The notes under the pieces were generated by a model. The model made no database searches. It was not told where the DNA came from and was given only the letters and a program-made list of their open reading frames with translations. From assembly GCA_965279525.1 (NCBI GenBank), contig CBDIIB010000004.1:320001-384000 (forward strand): a stretch of 64,000 nucleotides of DNA. The letters run 5' to 3'. Made by a program: the position numbers and the translations under genes. The DNA is from Tagaea sp. Its GTDB lineage: Bacteria > Pseudomonadota > Alphaproteobacteria > CACIAM-22H2. Positions 39,442 through 49,529 of this stretch are shown here, in pieces (position 1 is the first letter of the stretch; each line of letters opens with the position of its first letter).

Positions 39442-40395
39442 TTACGAGTTGGGCGGCGAGCCCTTGGGCCCGCGCGCCTTGAGGTTTGCGTAGGGTTCGA
39501 TGAGGCCGAGCACCGCGAGCACGACGATCGGCCAGCCGAAGACGATGACGGAACCGTAGACCGCACCCAGCGCCATGCCGCGCCAGTTGAGGTTCCGGAT
39601 CAGCGCGTGGACGACGCCGAGCCCCGCGATCGCGTAGACGGCGACGAGGATCACCATCATGTTGCGCGAGGCGAAGCCGCCGAAGCCCTCGAAGAACGAG
39701 CCGAGCGCGAAGATCGCGGTCAGGCCCATCAGCCACGCCGGGAGCTCGATGTCGGCCATCGACGGCGACGGGCGGCGGTTGACGCCGGCGCGGCGGACAA
39801 TGGCCTGACCGAGGATGCCGTTGAGCAGCGTCATGATCATCCACGACACGGCGACGACGCCCGCGAAAAGTCGCGCGATCTGGGACGCGAACTCTTCCAG
39901 ATTGGCGATCTCGAGGCCGGCAGGGCCGCGCAGACGGCGGAACGTCTCGACGATGAACGTCTCGAGCGTGCCTTCAAGGCCGCCCGGTTCGCCCGCGAAC
40001 GAGAGCGCCACGCCGGCGAACAGCGCGCTCGACAGGGCGAGAAGCGCCATCACGAGCCCGCCCGGCGGATACCAGTCGATCCCGCCGGCCGCACCGTCGG
40101 CGGCGGCCGGCCGCCAGAGCATTGCCTGGCGGACGATGACGATCACCGGGGCGGCGTTCGCCACCGTATAGATCACCGCGAAGACGAAGCCGCCGGCGAT
40201 GAAGGTCACGATGATCCCGGCGATCGACGCGATCGCCACCGCACCCGTACCCATCCACAGCCCGACCGCGAACAGCGGCAGCTGCGCCAGGTAGGCGAGC
40301 AGGAAAGCGGCGGGCGAGGCGGTAAGCAGCGAGGCGTAAACCAGCGCACTCGCCGAACCCGCTACGACCGCGATCATCGCGTAAGTCGTCGGCAT
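39442..40395 (-). CDS. DUF2232 family membrane protein
   Basis: Multi-TM, WYPPG motif; usual position between rpsR and rplI. Confidence 0.8.
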   Translation of the reverse strand: MPTTYAMIAVVAGSASALVYASLLTASPAAFLLAYLAQLPLFAVGLWMGTGAVAIASIAGIIVTFIAGGFVFAVIYTVANAAPVIVIVRQAMLWRPAAADGAAGGIDWYPPGGLVMALLALSSALFAGVALSFAGEPGGLEGTLETFIVETFRRLRGPAGLEIANLEEFASQIARLFAGVVAVSWMIMTLLNGILGQAIVRRAGVNRRPSPSMADIELPAWLMGLTAIFALGSFFEGFGGFASRNMMVILVAVYAIAGLGVVHALIRNLNWRGMALGAVYGSVIVFGWPIVVLAVLGLIEPYANLKARGPKGSPPNS

Positions 40396-40459
40396 CTGCC
40401 GTCCTTTGTCGGGAGGTGCGGGGCCGGCGTTCGTCACGCGCGGCCCCGTACCGGCCCTG

Positions 40460-40774
40460 TTACTTCAGCACGTAGGGAAGCAGGCCGAGGAAGCGTGCGC
40501 GCTTGATCGCACGCGCCAGCTCGCGCTGCTTGGGTGCCGAAACGGCCGTGATGCGCGCCGGGACGATCTTGCCGCGCTCCGAGACGAAACGCTGGAGCAG
40601 GCGGATGTCCTTGTAGTCGATCTTCGGCGCGTTCGGGCCCGAGAAGGGGCACGACTTGCGGCGACGGAAGAACGGACGACGGCCACCGAAGCCGCCGCCA
40701 CCTTCACCGCGCTCGCCGCGTTCGCCGCGCTCACCGCGTTCGCCCGAGGAACGTTCGTTCGAGGGATTCGCCAT
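40460..40774 (-). CDS. rpsR: 30S ribosomal protein S18
   Basis: RRKSCPF, IDYKD and [13 protein letters not shown] motifs. Confidence 0.97.
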   Translation of the reverse strand: MANPSNERSSGERGERGERGERGEGGGGFGGRRPFFRRRKSCPFSGPNAPKIDYKDIRLLQRFVSERGKIVPARITAVSAPKQRELARAIKRARFLGLLPYVLK

Positions 40775-40777
40775 GGC

Positions 40778-41221
40778 TCAGATCGCTCCTTCGACAGCGG
40801 CGGGTTCGCCCGCTTCCGCATCGCGGCGGCGGGGACGGAAATTGTCGCGGTCGCCGTAGCGCCCGCCACCTTCGCGGTCGCCGCGGCCTTCACGCTCGTC
40901 GCGCTTCTGCATCATCGCCGACGGCGCTTCGTCGATCGCTTCGACGCGCACGGTCAGGTGACGCAGGATGTCCTCGTTGAGGCCCATCGTGCGCTCCATC
41001 TCGGCGATCGCCTTGGCGGGCGCCTCGATGCAAAGCAGCACGTAGTGCGCCTTGCGGTTCTTCTTGATGCGGAAGGTCAGCGAGCGCAGACCCCAATATT
41101 CGCGCTTCTTCACTTCACCGCCCAAGGTCTTGAGCGTTTCGGTGAACTGGTCGGCAAGCGCGTCAACCTGGGGCTGAGCCAGATCCTGACGCGCGATGAA
41201 TACGTTCTCGTAGAACGCCAT
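40778..41221 (-). CDS. rpsF: 30S ribosomal protein S6
   Basis: [10 protein letters not shown] and [18 protein letters not shown] motifs. Confidence 0.97.
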   Translation of the reverse strand: MAFYENVFIARQDLAQPQVDALADQFTETLKTLGGEVKKREYWGLRSLTFRIKKNRKAHYVLLCIEAPAKAIAEMERTMGLNEDILRHLTVRVEAIDEAPSAMMQKRDEREGRGDREGGGRYGDRDNFRPRRRDAEAGEPAAVEGAI

Positions 41222-41338
41222 CGGCAGCTCCTCTCGGGTTTCGGACCCAAAGCACCCGCGTCGACCGATTGCCGCCGCAGGCCCGGGTCCAAGCCGCCAT
41301 CTGTGCCCATCGGGGGCCGGGGAAGGCGGCAAGGAGAA
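41222..41338 (-). ncRNA. Putative S6:S18 autoregulatory leader
   Basis: Minus strand CTCCTTGCCGCC...GGCGGCAA...GAGGAG, an anti-SD plus stem arrangement like known rpsF leaders. Confidence 0.55.
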
Positions 41339-41428
41339 CGGACGGGATATGGCCCCGTCCGTCGTGAAGGAGCGGGGATATACACGGTATGCCCCGGCCC
41401 CGCAAGAGCGGGGTCCGGAAGGGGTTTT

Positions 41429-41902
41429 TCAGCTTCCGTGGCGGTGCGGCATCCCGCCGCCGGGGGCCGGGGCGCGCAAGGGCTGGACCGCGACCGTCGC
41501 TTCGACCTTGCCGGCACGCTCGAAGTTCAATGTTACGGGGAAGCTCTGGCCGGCCTTCAGCGGGGTCTTCAGGTCGAGCAGCATCACATGCAGGCCGCCC
41601 GGCTGCAGGACCGTGGGCGAACCGGGCGAAACCTCGATCGCGTCCACGGGGCGCATCTGGGCCACGTTGCCGACCATGATGTGGTTGTGAAGCTCGATCT
41701 TTCCGGCAACCGAGGAAGTCACCGACAGCAGCCTGTCCGGCCCGGTGCCGACATTATGGAGTGTCATATAGGCCGCACCGTTCTTGGCCTCGCCGGCGCT
41801 GGCGCGCGCCCAGGCTGTCTCCACGCGAATCGGTTTCTGCTGGGCAAGAGTCGGGGCGGCCGTCAGGAGGAGCAGGACTGAAAGGGCAAGTGACCGGACC
41901 AT
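41429..41902 (-). CDS. Copper chaperone PCu(A)C (chromosomal copy)
   Basis: Signal peptide; WARA, GAAYM and ELH...M...PGGLHVML motifs. Confidence 0.92.
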   Translation of the reverse strand: MVRSLALSVLLLLTAAPTLAQQKPIRVETAWARASAGEAKNGAAYMTLHNVGTGPDRLLSVTSSVAGKIELHNHIMVGNVAQMRPVDAIEVSPGSPTVLQPGGLHVMLLDLKTPLKAGQSFPVTLNFERAGKVEATVAVQPLRAPAPGGGMPHRHGS

Positions 41903-42068
41903 GATTTATCCAATTCAACAAGTTAGGTGCTTAAGCTCCCAATTCTAGCGAAGGAAGGTGGAAACGCAACCAGGCATAACGTCGCGCGGCCGCTGCTTGA
42001 CTTGCGAATGTGTGACGGCTACGGGAGCGCTCCGCCGTGCCCAAGAATTCGACAGGATTTCCCAGACG

Positions 42069-43022
42069 ATGCGCGCATTCACGTTTCCCGGCCAAGGCAG
42101 CCAGGCTCCCGGCATGGGCCGCGACCTCGCCGCAGCCTTTCCGGCCGCCCGTCTCGTTTTCGAGGAAGTGGACGAGGCTCTCGGCCAGAAGCTGTCCAAG
42201 CTGATGTTCGAAGGCCCCGCCGACGAGCTGACGCTGACCGCCAATGCCCAGCCCGCCCTGATGGCCGTCTCGATGGCCGTGATGCGCGTGCTGGAGAGCG
42301 AGGCGAAGCTCGATCTGGGCAAGCATGTCGCGTTCGTGGCGGGCCATTCGCTGGGCGAGTATTCCGCACTCGCCGCCGCCGGCACATTTACGCTTGCGGA
42401 TGCCGCACGCCTGCTGCGCAAGCGCGGCGACGCCATGCAGAAGGCCGTTCCGGTCGGGACGGGCGCCATGGCCGCCCTGCTGGGGCTCGACCTGCCGGCG
42501 GCCGAAGAGGTTGCGGCCGCCTCGCGCCCCTCGCCCGAGGGCAAGGATGAAGTCTGCGAATGCGCAAACGACAACGCGCCGGGACAGGTCGTCGTCTCCG
42601 GCCATAAGGGTGCGGTCGAACGTTCGCTCGAGATCGCCAAGACCAAGGGCGCCAAGCGCGCGATGCTGCTCCCCGTGAGCGCGCCCTTCCACTGCTCGCT
42701 GATGCAGCCTGCGGCGGATGACATGCGGGAGGCGCTCGCTTCCGTGAAGATGGCGCCGCCGCGCGTCCCGCTCGTCGCCAACGTGACGGCATCGGCCATT
42801 TCCGATGCCGGCGAGATCGCGAAGCTTCTCGTGCGCCAGGTCACCGGCCGCGTGCGCTGGCGCGAATGCGTGTCCTACATGAAGGGACAGGGCGTCACGC
42901 AGGCCTATGAACTGGGTGCCGGCAAGGTGCTGTCGGGTCTAGCCAAGCGTATCGAGGCGGACGTCGCGGGCATCGCACTCAACGGGCCGGCCGACATCGA
43001 AGCCTTCGTGAAGACGCTATAG
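42069..43022 (+). CDS. fabD: Malonyl-CoA:ACP transacylase
   Basis: FPGQGSQ, GHSLGEY and VSAPFH motifs. Confidence 0.97.
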   Translation: MRAFTFPGQGSQAPGMGRDLAAAFPAARLVFEEVDEALGQKLSKLMFEGPADELTLTANAQPALMAVSMAVMRVLESEAKLDLGKHVAFVAGHSLGEYSALAAAGTFTLADAARLLRKRGDAMQKAVPVGTGAMAALLGLDLPAAEEVAAASRPSPEGKDEVCECANDNAPGQVVVSGHKGAVERSLEIAKTKGAKRAMLLPVSAPFHCSLMQPAADDMREALASVKMAPPRVPLVANVTASAISDAGEIAKLLVRQVTGRVRWRECVSYMKGQGVTQAYELGAGKVLSGLAKRIEADVAGIALNGPADIEAFVKTL

Positions 43023-43034
43023 GGAGTGGTCGGC

Positions 43035-43772
43035 ATGTTCAGCCTTGAAGGCAAGTGTGCGCTCGTCACGGGCGCTTCGGGCGGTATCGGCGGTGCCATC
43101 GCGCAGGCGCTTGCCGCGTCCGGCGCCAAGGTCGCCCTTTCGGGCACGCGTGTCGAACCGCTTGAGGCGCTGAAGGCCAGCATCGGCGAGCGCGCGTTCG
43201 TGTGCCCGGGCGATCTGGGCGATGCGGCGGCGACCGAGAAACTGTTCAAGGACGCTGAAGCGGCCCTGGGCCAGGTCGACATCCTCGTCAACAACGCCGG
43301 CCTCACGCGCGACGGCCTTGCGATGCGCATGAAGGACGACGACTGGCAGAAGGTCATCGACGTGAATCTTTCGGCGGGCTTCCGGCTGAGCCGTGCGGCC
43401 TTGCGCGGCATGATGAAGCGCAAGTGGGGCCGCATCGTCGGCATCACGTCCATCGTCGGCGTCACCGGCAATCCGGGGCAGGCGAACTATGCCGCCGCCA
43501 AGGCCGGCATGATCGGAATGTCGAAGGCGCTGGCGCAGGAAGTCGCCTCGCGCGGCATCACGGTCAATTGCGTGGCGCCGGGCTTCATCGTTTCGCCGAT
43601 GACCGAGGCTCTGACCGACGACCAGAAGACGCGCCTGCTGGGCGGAATTCCGCTCGGCCGCATGGGCAATGCTGCCGAAGTCGCCGCCGCCGTCGTCTAC
43701 CTCGCCAGCGAGCAGGCGGCGTACGTCACCGGGCAGACGCTGCACGTGAATGGCGGCATGGCGATGATTTGA
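43035..43772 (+). CDS. fabG: 3-oxoacyl-ACP reductase
   Basis: TGASGGIG, NNAG and NYAAAK motifs; fab operon context. Confidence 0.96.
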   Translation: MFSLEGKCALVTGASGGIGGAIAQALAASGAKVALSGTRVEPLEALKASIGERAFVCPGDLGDAAATEKLFKDAEAALGQVDILVNNAGLTRDGLAMRMKDDDWQKVIDVNLSAGFRLSRAALRGMMKRKWGRIVGITSIVGVTGNPGQANYAAAKAGMIGMSKALAQEVASRGITVNCVAPGFIVSPMTEALTDDQKTRLLGGIPLGRMGNAAEVAAAVVYLASEQAAYVTGQTLHVNGGMAMI

Positions 43773-43974
43773 CGCCGGCAGGCCCTCGCAAGCGGTTGAT
43801 CGCAAACCGTTTCGCGGGCTAGTCAACGGACCGAATTCCGTGTTACCAAACCGCGACTTATGCAATCGACTCCGCCTTGACCGGATGACCGGGAAGACGG
43901 AACTTAGAGGGTGCCGGCCCGGCGGATCCTAGAATCCGTGCAGGGTCGATGCCGAGCCGAACGAGAGGAACAAA

Positions 43975-44211
43975 ATGAGCGACATCGCCGAACGCGTTAA
44001 GAAGATCGTCGTCGAGCATCTGGGCGTCGAGGATGCCAAGGTCACCGAGAACGCCAGCTTCGTCGACGATCTGGGCGCGGACAGCCTCGACACGGTCGAG
44101 CTCGTCATGGCGTTCGAAGAGGAATTCGGCATCGAGATCCCCGACGACGCCGCCGAGAAGATCTCGACCGTGAAGGACGCGATCGAGTTCATCGGCAAGG
44201 CCAAGGCCTGA
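43975..44211 (+). CDS. acpP: Acyl carrier protein
   Basis: [14 protein letters not shown] motif. Confidence 0.98.
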   Translation: MSDIAERVKKIVVEHLGVEDAKVTENASFVDDLGADSLDTVELVMAFEEEFGIEIPDDAAEKISTVKDAIEFIGKAKA

Positions 44212-44237
44212 GTTCCGGTCCGCTCGGAGTGCAATCC

Positions 44238-45500
44238 ATGCGTCGCGTCGTCGTAACGGGCCTCGGTCTGGTCACGCCGCTCGGCTGCGGGGTCGAGACG
44301 ACCTGGAAGCGCCTCGTGGCCGGCGAGTCCGGCCTCGGAGCCATCCAGGCGTTCGACGTCTCCGATCTTCCGTGCAAGGTCGCCGCGAGCGTTCCGCGCG
44401 GCGACACGGCGTCGGGTGGATTCAATCCCGACGATTGGGTCCCGCCCAAAGACCAGAAGAAGATGGACGAGTTCATCGTCTTCGCGCTGGCGGCGGCGAC
44501 GCAGGCTGTCGAGGATTCCGGCTGGAAGCCGACCGACGAGGAAGGCCAGGACCGGACCGGCGTGATGATCGGCTCGGGCATCGGCGGCCTGCAGACGATT
44601 TACGACGGCTCGATCACGCTGAAGGAGCGGGGGCCGCGGCGCATCTCGCCGTTCTTCATTCCGGCGGCACTGATCAACCTCGCGTCGGGCCATCTGTCGA
44701 TCAAGTACGGTTTCCGCGGGCCGAACCATTCGGCCGTCACCGCGTGCGCCACGGGCGCGCATGCGATCGGCGATGCGGGCCGTCTCATCATGCTCGGCGA
44801 TGCCGACGTCATGGTGGCTGGCGGTGCGGAGGCGGCGATCTGCCGGCTCGGGATCGCGGGCTTCGCGGCGGCGCGAGCACTTTCGACCGGCTACAACGAC
44901 GAGCCGACGCGTGCCTCGCGCCCCTGGGACAAGGGCCGCGACGGCTTCGTGATGGGCGAGGGCGCCGGCGTGGTCGTGCTTGAAGAGTACGAGCACGCGA
45001 AGAAGCGCGGCGCCAAGATCTATGCCGAGCTCACGGGCTACGGCCTGTCGGGTGACGCGCACCACATCACGGCACCGTCGGAAGACGGCAGCGGCGGCTT
45101 CCGCGCAATGACGGGTGCGCTGCGCAATGCCAAGCGCAACATCGAGGATATCGACTACATCAACGCGCACGGCACCTCGACGCCGCTTGGCGACGAGATC
45201 GAGCTTGGAGCGGTCAAGCGCCTGTTCGGCCAGCAGGCCTACAAGCTGTCGATGTCGTCGACGAAGTCGGCGATCGGGCACCTTCTTGGCGCTGCCGGCG
45301 GCGTCGAGGCGATCTTCTCGATTCTGGCGCTCCGCGACCAGGTGGCTCCGCCCACGCGCAATCTCGAAAATCCGTCGGATGGCTGCGACATCGATCTCGT
45401 GCCGATCCATGCCAAGCCGCGCAAGATCCGGCATGCGCTGTCCAATTCCTTCGGCTTCGGCGGCACGAATGCGGCCGTGATTTTTTCCAAACTCGACTGA
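44238..45500 (+). CDS. fabF: 3-oxoacyl-ACP synthase II
   Basis: RRVVVTGLG, TACATG, NAHGTST and NSFGFGG motifs. Confidence 0.97.
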   Translation: MRRVVVTGLGLVTPLGCGVETTWKRLVAGESGLGAIQAFDVSDLPCKVAASVPRGDTASGGFNPDDWVPPKDQKKMDEFIVFALAAATQAVEDSGWKPTDEEGQDRTGVMIGSGIGGLQTIYDGSITLKERGPRRISPFFIPAALINLASGHLSIKYGFRGPNHSAVTACATGAHAIGDAGRLIMLGDADVMVAGGAEAAICRLGIAGFAAARALSTGYNDEPTRASRPWDKGRDGFVMGEGAGVVVLEEYEHAKKRGAKIYAELTGYGLSGDAHHITAPSEDGSGGFRAMTGALRNAKRNIEDIDYINAHGTSTPLGDEIELGAVKRLFGQQAYKLSMSSTKSAIGHLLGAAGGVEAIFSILALRDQVAPPTRNLENPSDGCDIDLVPIHAKPRKIRHALSNSFGFGGTNAAVIFSKLD

Positions 45501-45512
45501 CGGGTCGCGCCG

Positions 45513-46496
45513 TTGCGGCCGGCCAGATTCCTCACGCTCGCCGCGGCATTCGTCGTGCTGGCCGGGTGTGCCGGCGCCTGGCACCTGTGGACGCTCTATG
45601 TCGGCGCAGGACCGTCGAACGCCCCGATCCAGCTCGTGATCCCGCGCGCCAGTAGCGGCGATGAGACCGCTGCCCTGCTGGCCGCGAATGGCGTGATCGC
45701 AAGCCCGTTGGCCTTCGGCCTCGGAACGCGGATCGACGGACTGGCGACACGCCTGAAGGCGGGCGAGTACCTGTTCGCCGCCGGAATCTCGGCACGTGGT
45801 GCCGGCGAACTGCTGGCAAGCGGGCGTACCGTGCAACGGCGCGTGACGATCGCGGAGGGCCTGACCGTGGTTCAGGTCGCGAACCTGCTGCGTGCTGCCG
45901 AAGGCATGGACGGCGACGTCGATCCGCTGCCGCCGGAAGGCAGCCTTCTGCCGGAAACCTATTTCTACAGCTGGGGCGATGCACGCGCGCGCACGATCGA
46001 GCGCGCCCAGCGCGCGATGCGCGATGTACTCGCCGAACTCTGGCCCAAACGCGCCGCCGACATTCCGTTCGCCACGGTGCAGGAGGCGGTCGTTCTCGCT
46101 TCGATCGTCGAGCGGGAAACCGCCCATGCCGACGAGCGCGCGCGCGTGGCGGGCGTGTTCGTCAACCGGCTGCGCCAGCGCATGCGCCTGCAGGCGGACC
46201 CCACCGTCGCCTACGGGATCGATCCGGCAGGACCGCTCGGGCGGCCCTTGAGCCGCGCCGATCTCGAGACGCGCCATGCCTGGAACACCTACACGAACGA
46301 AGGCCTGCCACCGACACCCATCGCCAATCCGGGGCGCGCCACGATCGAGGCGACGCTCAATCCGCAGAAGACCGACGAGCTCTATTTCGTCGCCGACGGC
46401 GAAGGGCGGCATGTGTTCGCGCGCACCCTCGCCGAGCACAACCGCAATGTCGCCCGGCTGCGCGAGATCGAGCGCGCGCGGGCAACGAGGAACTGA
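45513..46496 (+). CDS. mltG: Endolytic transglycosylase MltG
   Basis: EGSLLPETY, LASIVERE, LQADPT and GLPPTPI motifs. Confidence 0.95.
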   Translation: MRPARFLTLAAAFVVLAGCAGAWHLWTLYVGAGPSNAPIQLVIPRASSGDETAALLAANGVIASPLAFGLGTRIDGLATRLKAGEYLFAAGISARGAGELLASGRTVQRRVTIAEGLTVVQVANLLRAAEGMDGDVDPLPPEGSLLPETYFYSWGDARARTIERAQRAMRDVLAELWPKRAADIPFATVQEAVVLASIVERETAHADERARVAGVFVNRLRQRMRLQADPTVAYGIDPAGPLGRPLSRADLETRHAWNTYTNEGLPPTPIANPGRATIEATLNPQKTDELYFVADGEGRHVFARTLAEHNRNVARLREIERARATRN

Positions 46497-46500
46497 AGCC

Positions 46501-47157
46501 ATGCGCACGCGCGTCAAGATCTGCTGCATCTCGTCGGTCGCGGAAGCGCAGTTGGCCATCCGGCACGGCGCCGACGCGCTTGGCCTCGTCGGGCCGATGC
46601 CCAGCGGCCCTGGCGTGATCGGGCTTGACGAGGCCGCGCGGATCGCACGCATCGTCCCGCCGCCGGTCGCGACGTTCCTGCTGTCGAGCGAGACAGGAGC
46701 TGTCGGGCTGATCGCGCAGGCACAGGCCTGCCGGCCGACCACCTTGCAGATCGTCGATGCGGTCGACGATGTGTCGGTCTATGCCGAAGTGCGCGCGGCG
46801 TGCCCGGGCATCAGGCTCGTGCAGGTCATCCATGTGAGCGGGCCGGAAAGCGTGACCGAAGCGCAAGGCCTGTCGGCGCATGTCGACGCATTTCTGCTCG
46901 ATAGCGGAAATCCAAATCTTTCGGTGAAGGAATTGGGCGGTACCGGCCGCGTGCATGACTGGCCGACGAGTGCCGCGATCGTGCGGGCGGTCGGAATACC
47001 GGTGTTCCTTGCCGGTGGCCTCAAGCCCGACAATGCGGCCAGCGCGATCGACGAGGTGCGGCCCTATGGGCTCGATCTTTGCTCCGGCGTGCGGACGGAT
47101 GGTGCGCTGGACGAGACCCGGCTTGCCGCGTTCATGCAAGCAGTCCGCGCGGCCTAG
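46501..47157 (+). CDS. Phosphoribosylanthranilate isomerase (TrpF-like)
   Basis: VKICCI, LLDS...GGTG..DW, LAGGL and DLCSGV motifs. Confidence 0.85.
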   Translation: MRTRVKICCISSVAEAQLAIRHGADALGLVGPMPSGPGVIGLDEAARIARIVPPPVATFLLSSETGAVGLIAQAQACRPTTLQIVDAVDDVSVYAEVRAACPGIRLVQVIHVSGPESVTEAQGLSAHVDAFLLDSGNPNLSVKELGGTGRVHDWPTSAAIVRAVGIPVFLAGGLKPDNAASAIDEVRPYGLDLCSGVRTDGALDETRLAAFMQAVRAA

Positions 47158-47158
47158 A

Positions 47159-47920
47159 TCAGCCCTTGCGCGGCAGGCGCCGCAAGATCGGATCGAGAAG
47201 GCCTGGCGGGATCGCCGCGACAAGCCGGATGGCGGCGTACATCGGCCAAGGAAAGGCGATGCGCGCGCGGTCGCGCTTCAGCCCGCCAAGGATGATCCGC
47301 GCGGCCTTTTCGGCCGGCATCAGGAACGGCATCGGAAAATCGTTTTTCGCGGTCATCCGCGTGGTGACGTAGCCCGGGCAGATCACGTTGACCTTGATCC
47401 CGCGGCGTTGCCAGTCGGGGCGCAGCGCTTCGCCCCAGACGCGCACCGCAGCCTTGCTGGCACAGTAGGCGGGTGCCCCCGGCAATCCGCGGAAGCCGGC
47501 AAGCGACGAGATGATCGCGACCTGTCCGGACCCGCGCGGCGCCATCGCTTCGAGTGCGGGCATCACGGTATTGACCACGCCGTCGACATTCGCGGCGAAG
47601 ATCGCGCGCGCCTGCCCAGCACCTTCCGAACCGCCTTGTGTCCCGGCCGAAATGCCGGCATTGGCGATTGCGAGATCGAGCGGTCGGTGCGCGTCCGTTT
47701 CGGTCACGAACGCGGCCATCCTTTCGCGGTCGCCCACGTCGATGGCCGCTTGGACGATCTCAGCGCCCTGCAGCCGGCAGGCCTCGGCCACGCCGGCGAG
47801 CCGTCCGGCGTCGCGGCCGGTCAGCGCAAGAAAGGTTCCGGGGCGGGCGAGGGCGCGCGCCATCGCCTCGCCAAGGCCGGACGAGCCGCCGGTGATCAAA
47901 ATGCTGCGCCAGTTCCACAT
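47159..47920 (-). CDS. SDR oxidoreductase
   Basis: ITGGSSGLG and YCASK motifs. Confidence 0.9.
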   Translation of the reverse strand: MWNWRSILITGGSSGLGEAMARALARPGTFLALTGRDAGRLAGVAEACRLQGAEIVQAAIDVGDRERMAAFVTETDAHRPLDLAIANAGISAGTQGGSEGAGQARAIFAANVDGVVNTVMPALEAMAPRGSGQVAIISSLAGFRGLPGAPAYCASKAAVRVWGEALRPDWQRRGIKVNVICPGYVTTRMTAKNDFPMPFLMPAEKAARIILGGLKRDRARIAFPWPMYAAIRLVAAIPPGLLDPILRRLPRKG

Positions 47921-47997
47921 GCCGTTGTTCCCTTCGCAGGGGCCTGTATAACTCTTTCCAGTCCCCCGCCGCGATTCGCCTTTTCCGGAGACGCGCC

Positions 47998-48888
47998 TTG
48001 ACCATTGCAAGCATGACAGGTTTCGCGCGCGCCAGTGCCGAAGCGCTCGGCCGCACGGCGACGTGGGAAGCCCGCTCGGTCAATGGCCGCGGGCTCGACG
48101 TGCGGCTGCGTACGCCGCCGGGATTCGACCGGCTGGAGAACGAGATCCGCGCGCGCACGGCCAAGCGGTTCGACCGCGGCAACGTGTCGCTGAACCTGAC
48201 GCTCGAAACGCCGGCGGCAGCCCCACGTCTGCAGATCAACCGGGCGGCCCTCGATCAGGTGATCGCACTGATCGGCGAATTGTCCGGCCGCCTCGACGCG
48301 GCGGCACCTCGCCTCGACGGCCTGCTCGGCGTTCGCGGCGTGATCGAGACGGTCGTGGAGACGCCGCTAGCAGAGGCCGAGCAGGCGAAGATCGATGCGG
48401 CGATATTGTCCTCGCTCGACAAGGTGCTCGACGGTCTTGTCGCCGCGCGGCGCGATGAAGGGCGGGCGTTGCTCGCCATCCTCGATGCGACTCTTGCCGA
48501 GGTCGCCACGCTGACAGGCGAGGCGGCCGCGAATGCGGCCACGCAGCCAGCCGCGATCAAGGCGCGGCTCGAAGCGCAGATCGCCGATCTGCTCGGGTCG
48601 CAGAACCCGATAGCGCCCGAGCGGCTCGCCCACGAGACGGCCCTGCTCGCCGTCAAGGCGGACGTGCGCGAGGAGCTCGACAGGTTGCGCGCCCATATCG
48701 GGCAGGCACGCGAGCTTTTCGCAAAGGGCGGTGCGGTGGGGCGCAAGCTCGACTTCCTCAGCCAGGAATTCAACCGGGAAGCCAACACGCTGTGTTCGAA
48801 GTCGTCGGACATAGCACTGACGCGGATCGGCCTGGCGCTCAAGACGGCCATCGACCGGCTGCGCGAACAGGCCGCCAACGTGGAGTGA
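47998..48888 (+). CDS. yicC: YicC/YloC family endoribonuclease
   Basis: SMTGF, SVNGR and GRKLDFLSQEFNREANT motifs. Confidence 0.93.
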   Translation: MTIASMTGFARASAEALGRTATWEARSVNGRGLDVRLRTPPGFDRLENEIRARTAKRFDRGNVSLNLTLETPAAAPRLQINRAALDQVIALIGELSGRLDAAAPRLDGLLGVRGVIETVVETPLAEAEQAKIDAAILSSLDKVLDGLVAARRDEGRALLAILDATLAEVATLTGEAAANAATQPAAIKARLEAQIADLLGSQNPIAPERLAHETALLAVKADVREELDRLRAHIGQARELFAKGGAVGRKLDFLSQEFNREANTLCSKSSDIALTRIGLALKTAIDRLREQAANVE

Positions 48889-49529
48889 CGGACGTGGATC
48901 CGGACATCAACCGACGCGGCGTGATGCTGGTGCTGTCTTCGCCCTCGGGTGCGGGCAAGACGTCGATCAGCCGCGAGCTCCTTCGCCGCGAGCCGTCGCT
49001 CAGCATGTCGGTATCGGCGACGACGCGCCCGAAGCGTCCCGGCGAGACGAACGGGAAGGACTACCATTTCGTCGACGCGACCGAGTTCGGCCTGATGATC
49101 AACCGCGGTGAATTTCTCGAACATGCAAAGGTGTTCGGGAACTACTACGGGACGCCGCGCAAGTACGTCGAAGCGAAGCTTGCCCAGGGTCTCGACGTGC
49201 TGTTCGACATCGACTGGCAGGGCACGCAGCAGCTTCGCGAGCAGGCCGAGAACGATCTGGTCTCGGTCTTCATCCTGCCGCCGTCGACATCGGAACTCGA
49301 GCGGCGCCTCAACGCGCGTGCGCAGGACCCCGCACATGTCGTGGCCCAGCGCATGGGGCAGGCGGCCAACGAGATGAGCCACTGGCCGGAATACGATTAC
49401 ATCGTCGTGAATCGCGATCTCGACGCTTCGGTCGCCAAGGTCCAGGCGATCCTGACGGCCGAACGCACCCGGCGCGAGCGTCAGATCGGGTTGGGTGACT
49501 TCGTCAGGCGCCTGCGCGACGGGCGCTGA
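48885..49529 (+). CDS. gmk: Guanylate kinase
   Basis: [17 protein letters not shown] and YYGTP motifs. Confidence 0.96.
   Translation: MTDVDPDINRRGVMLVLSSPSGAGKTSISRELLRREPSLSMSVSATTRPKRPGETNGKDYHFVDATEFGLMINRGEFLEHAKVFGNYYGTPRKYVEAKLAQGLDVLFDIDWQGTQQLREQAENDLVSVFILPPSTSELERRLNARAQDPAHVVAQRMGQAANEMSHWPEYDYIVVNRDLDASVAKVQAILTAERTRRERQIGLGDFVRRLRDGR

Noticed and set aside
43929-46742. 937-aa minus-strand ORF
   Set aside because: Antisense shadow of acpP-fabF-mltG caused by high-GC codon bias; no motifs.
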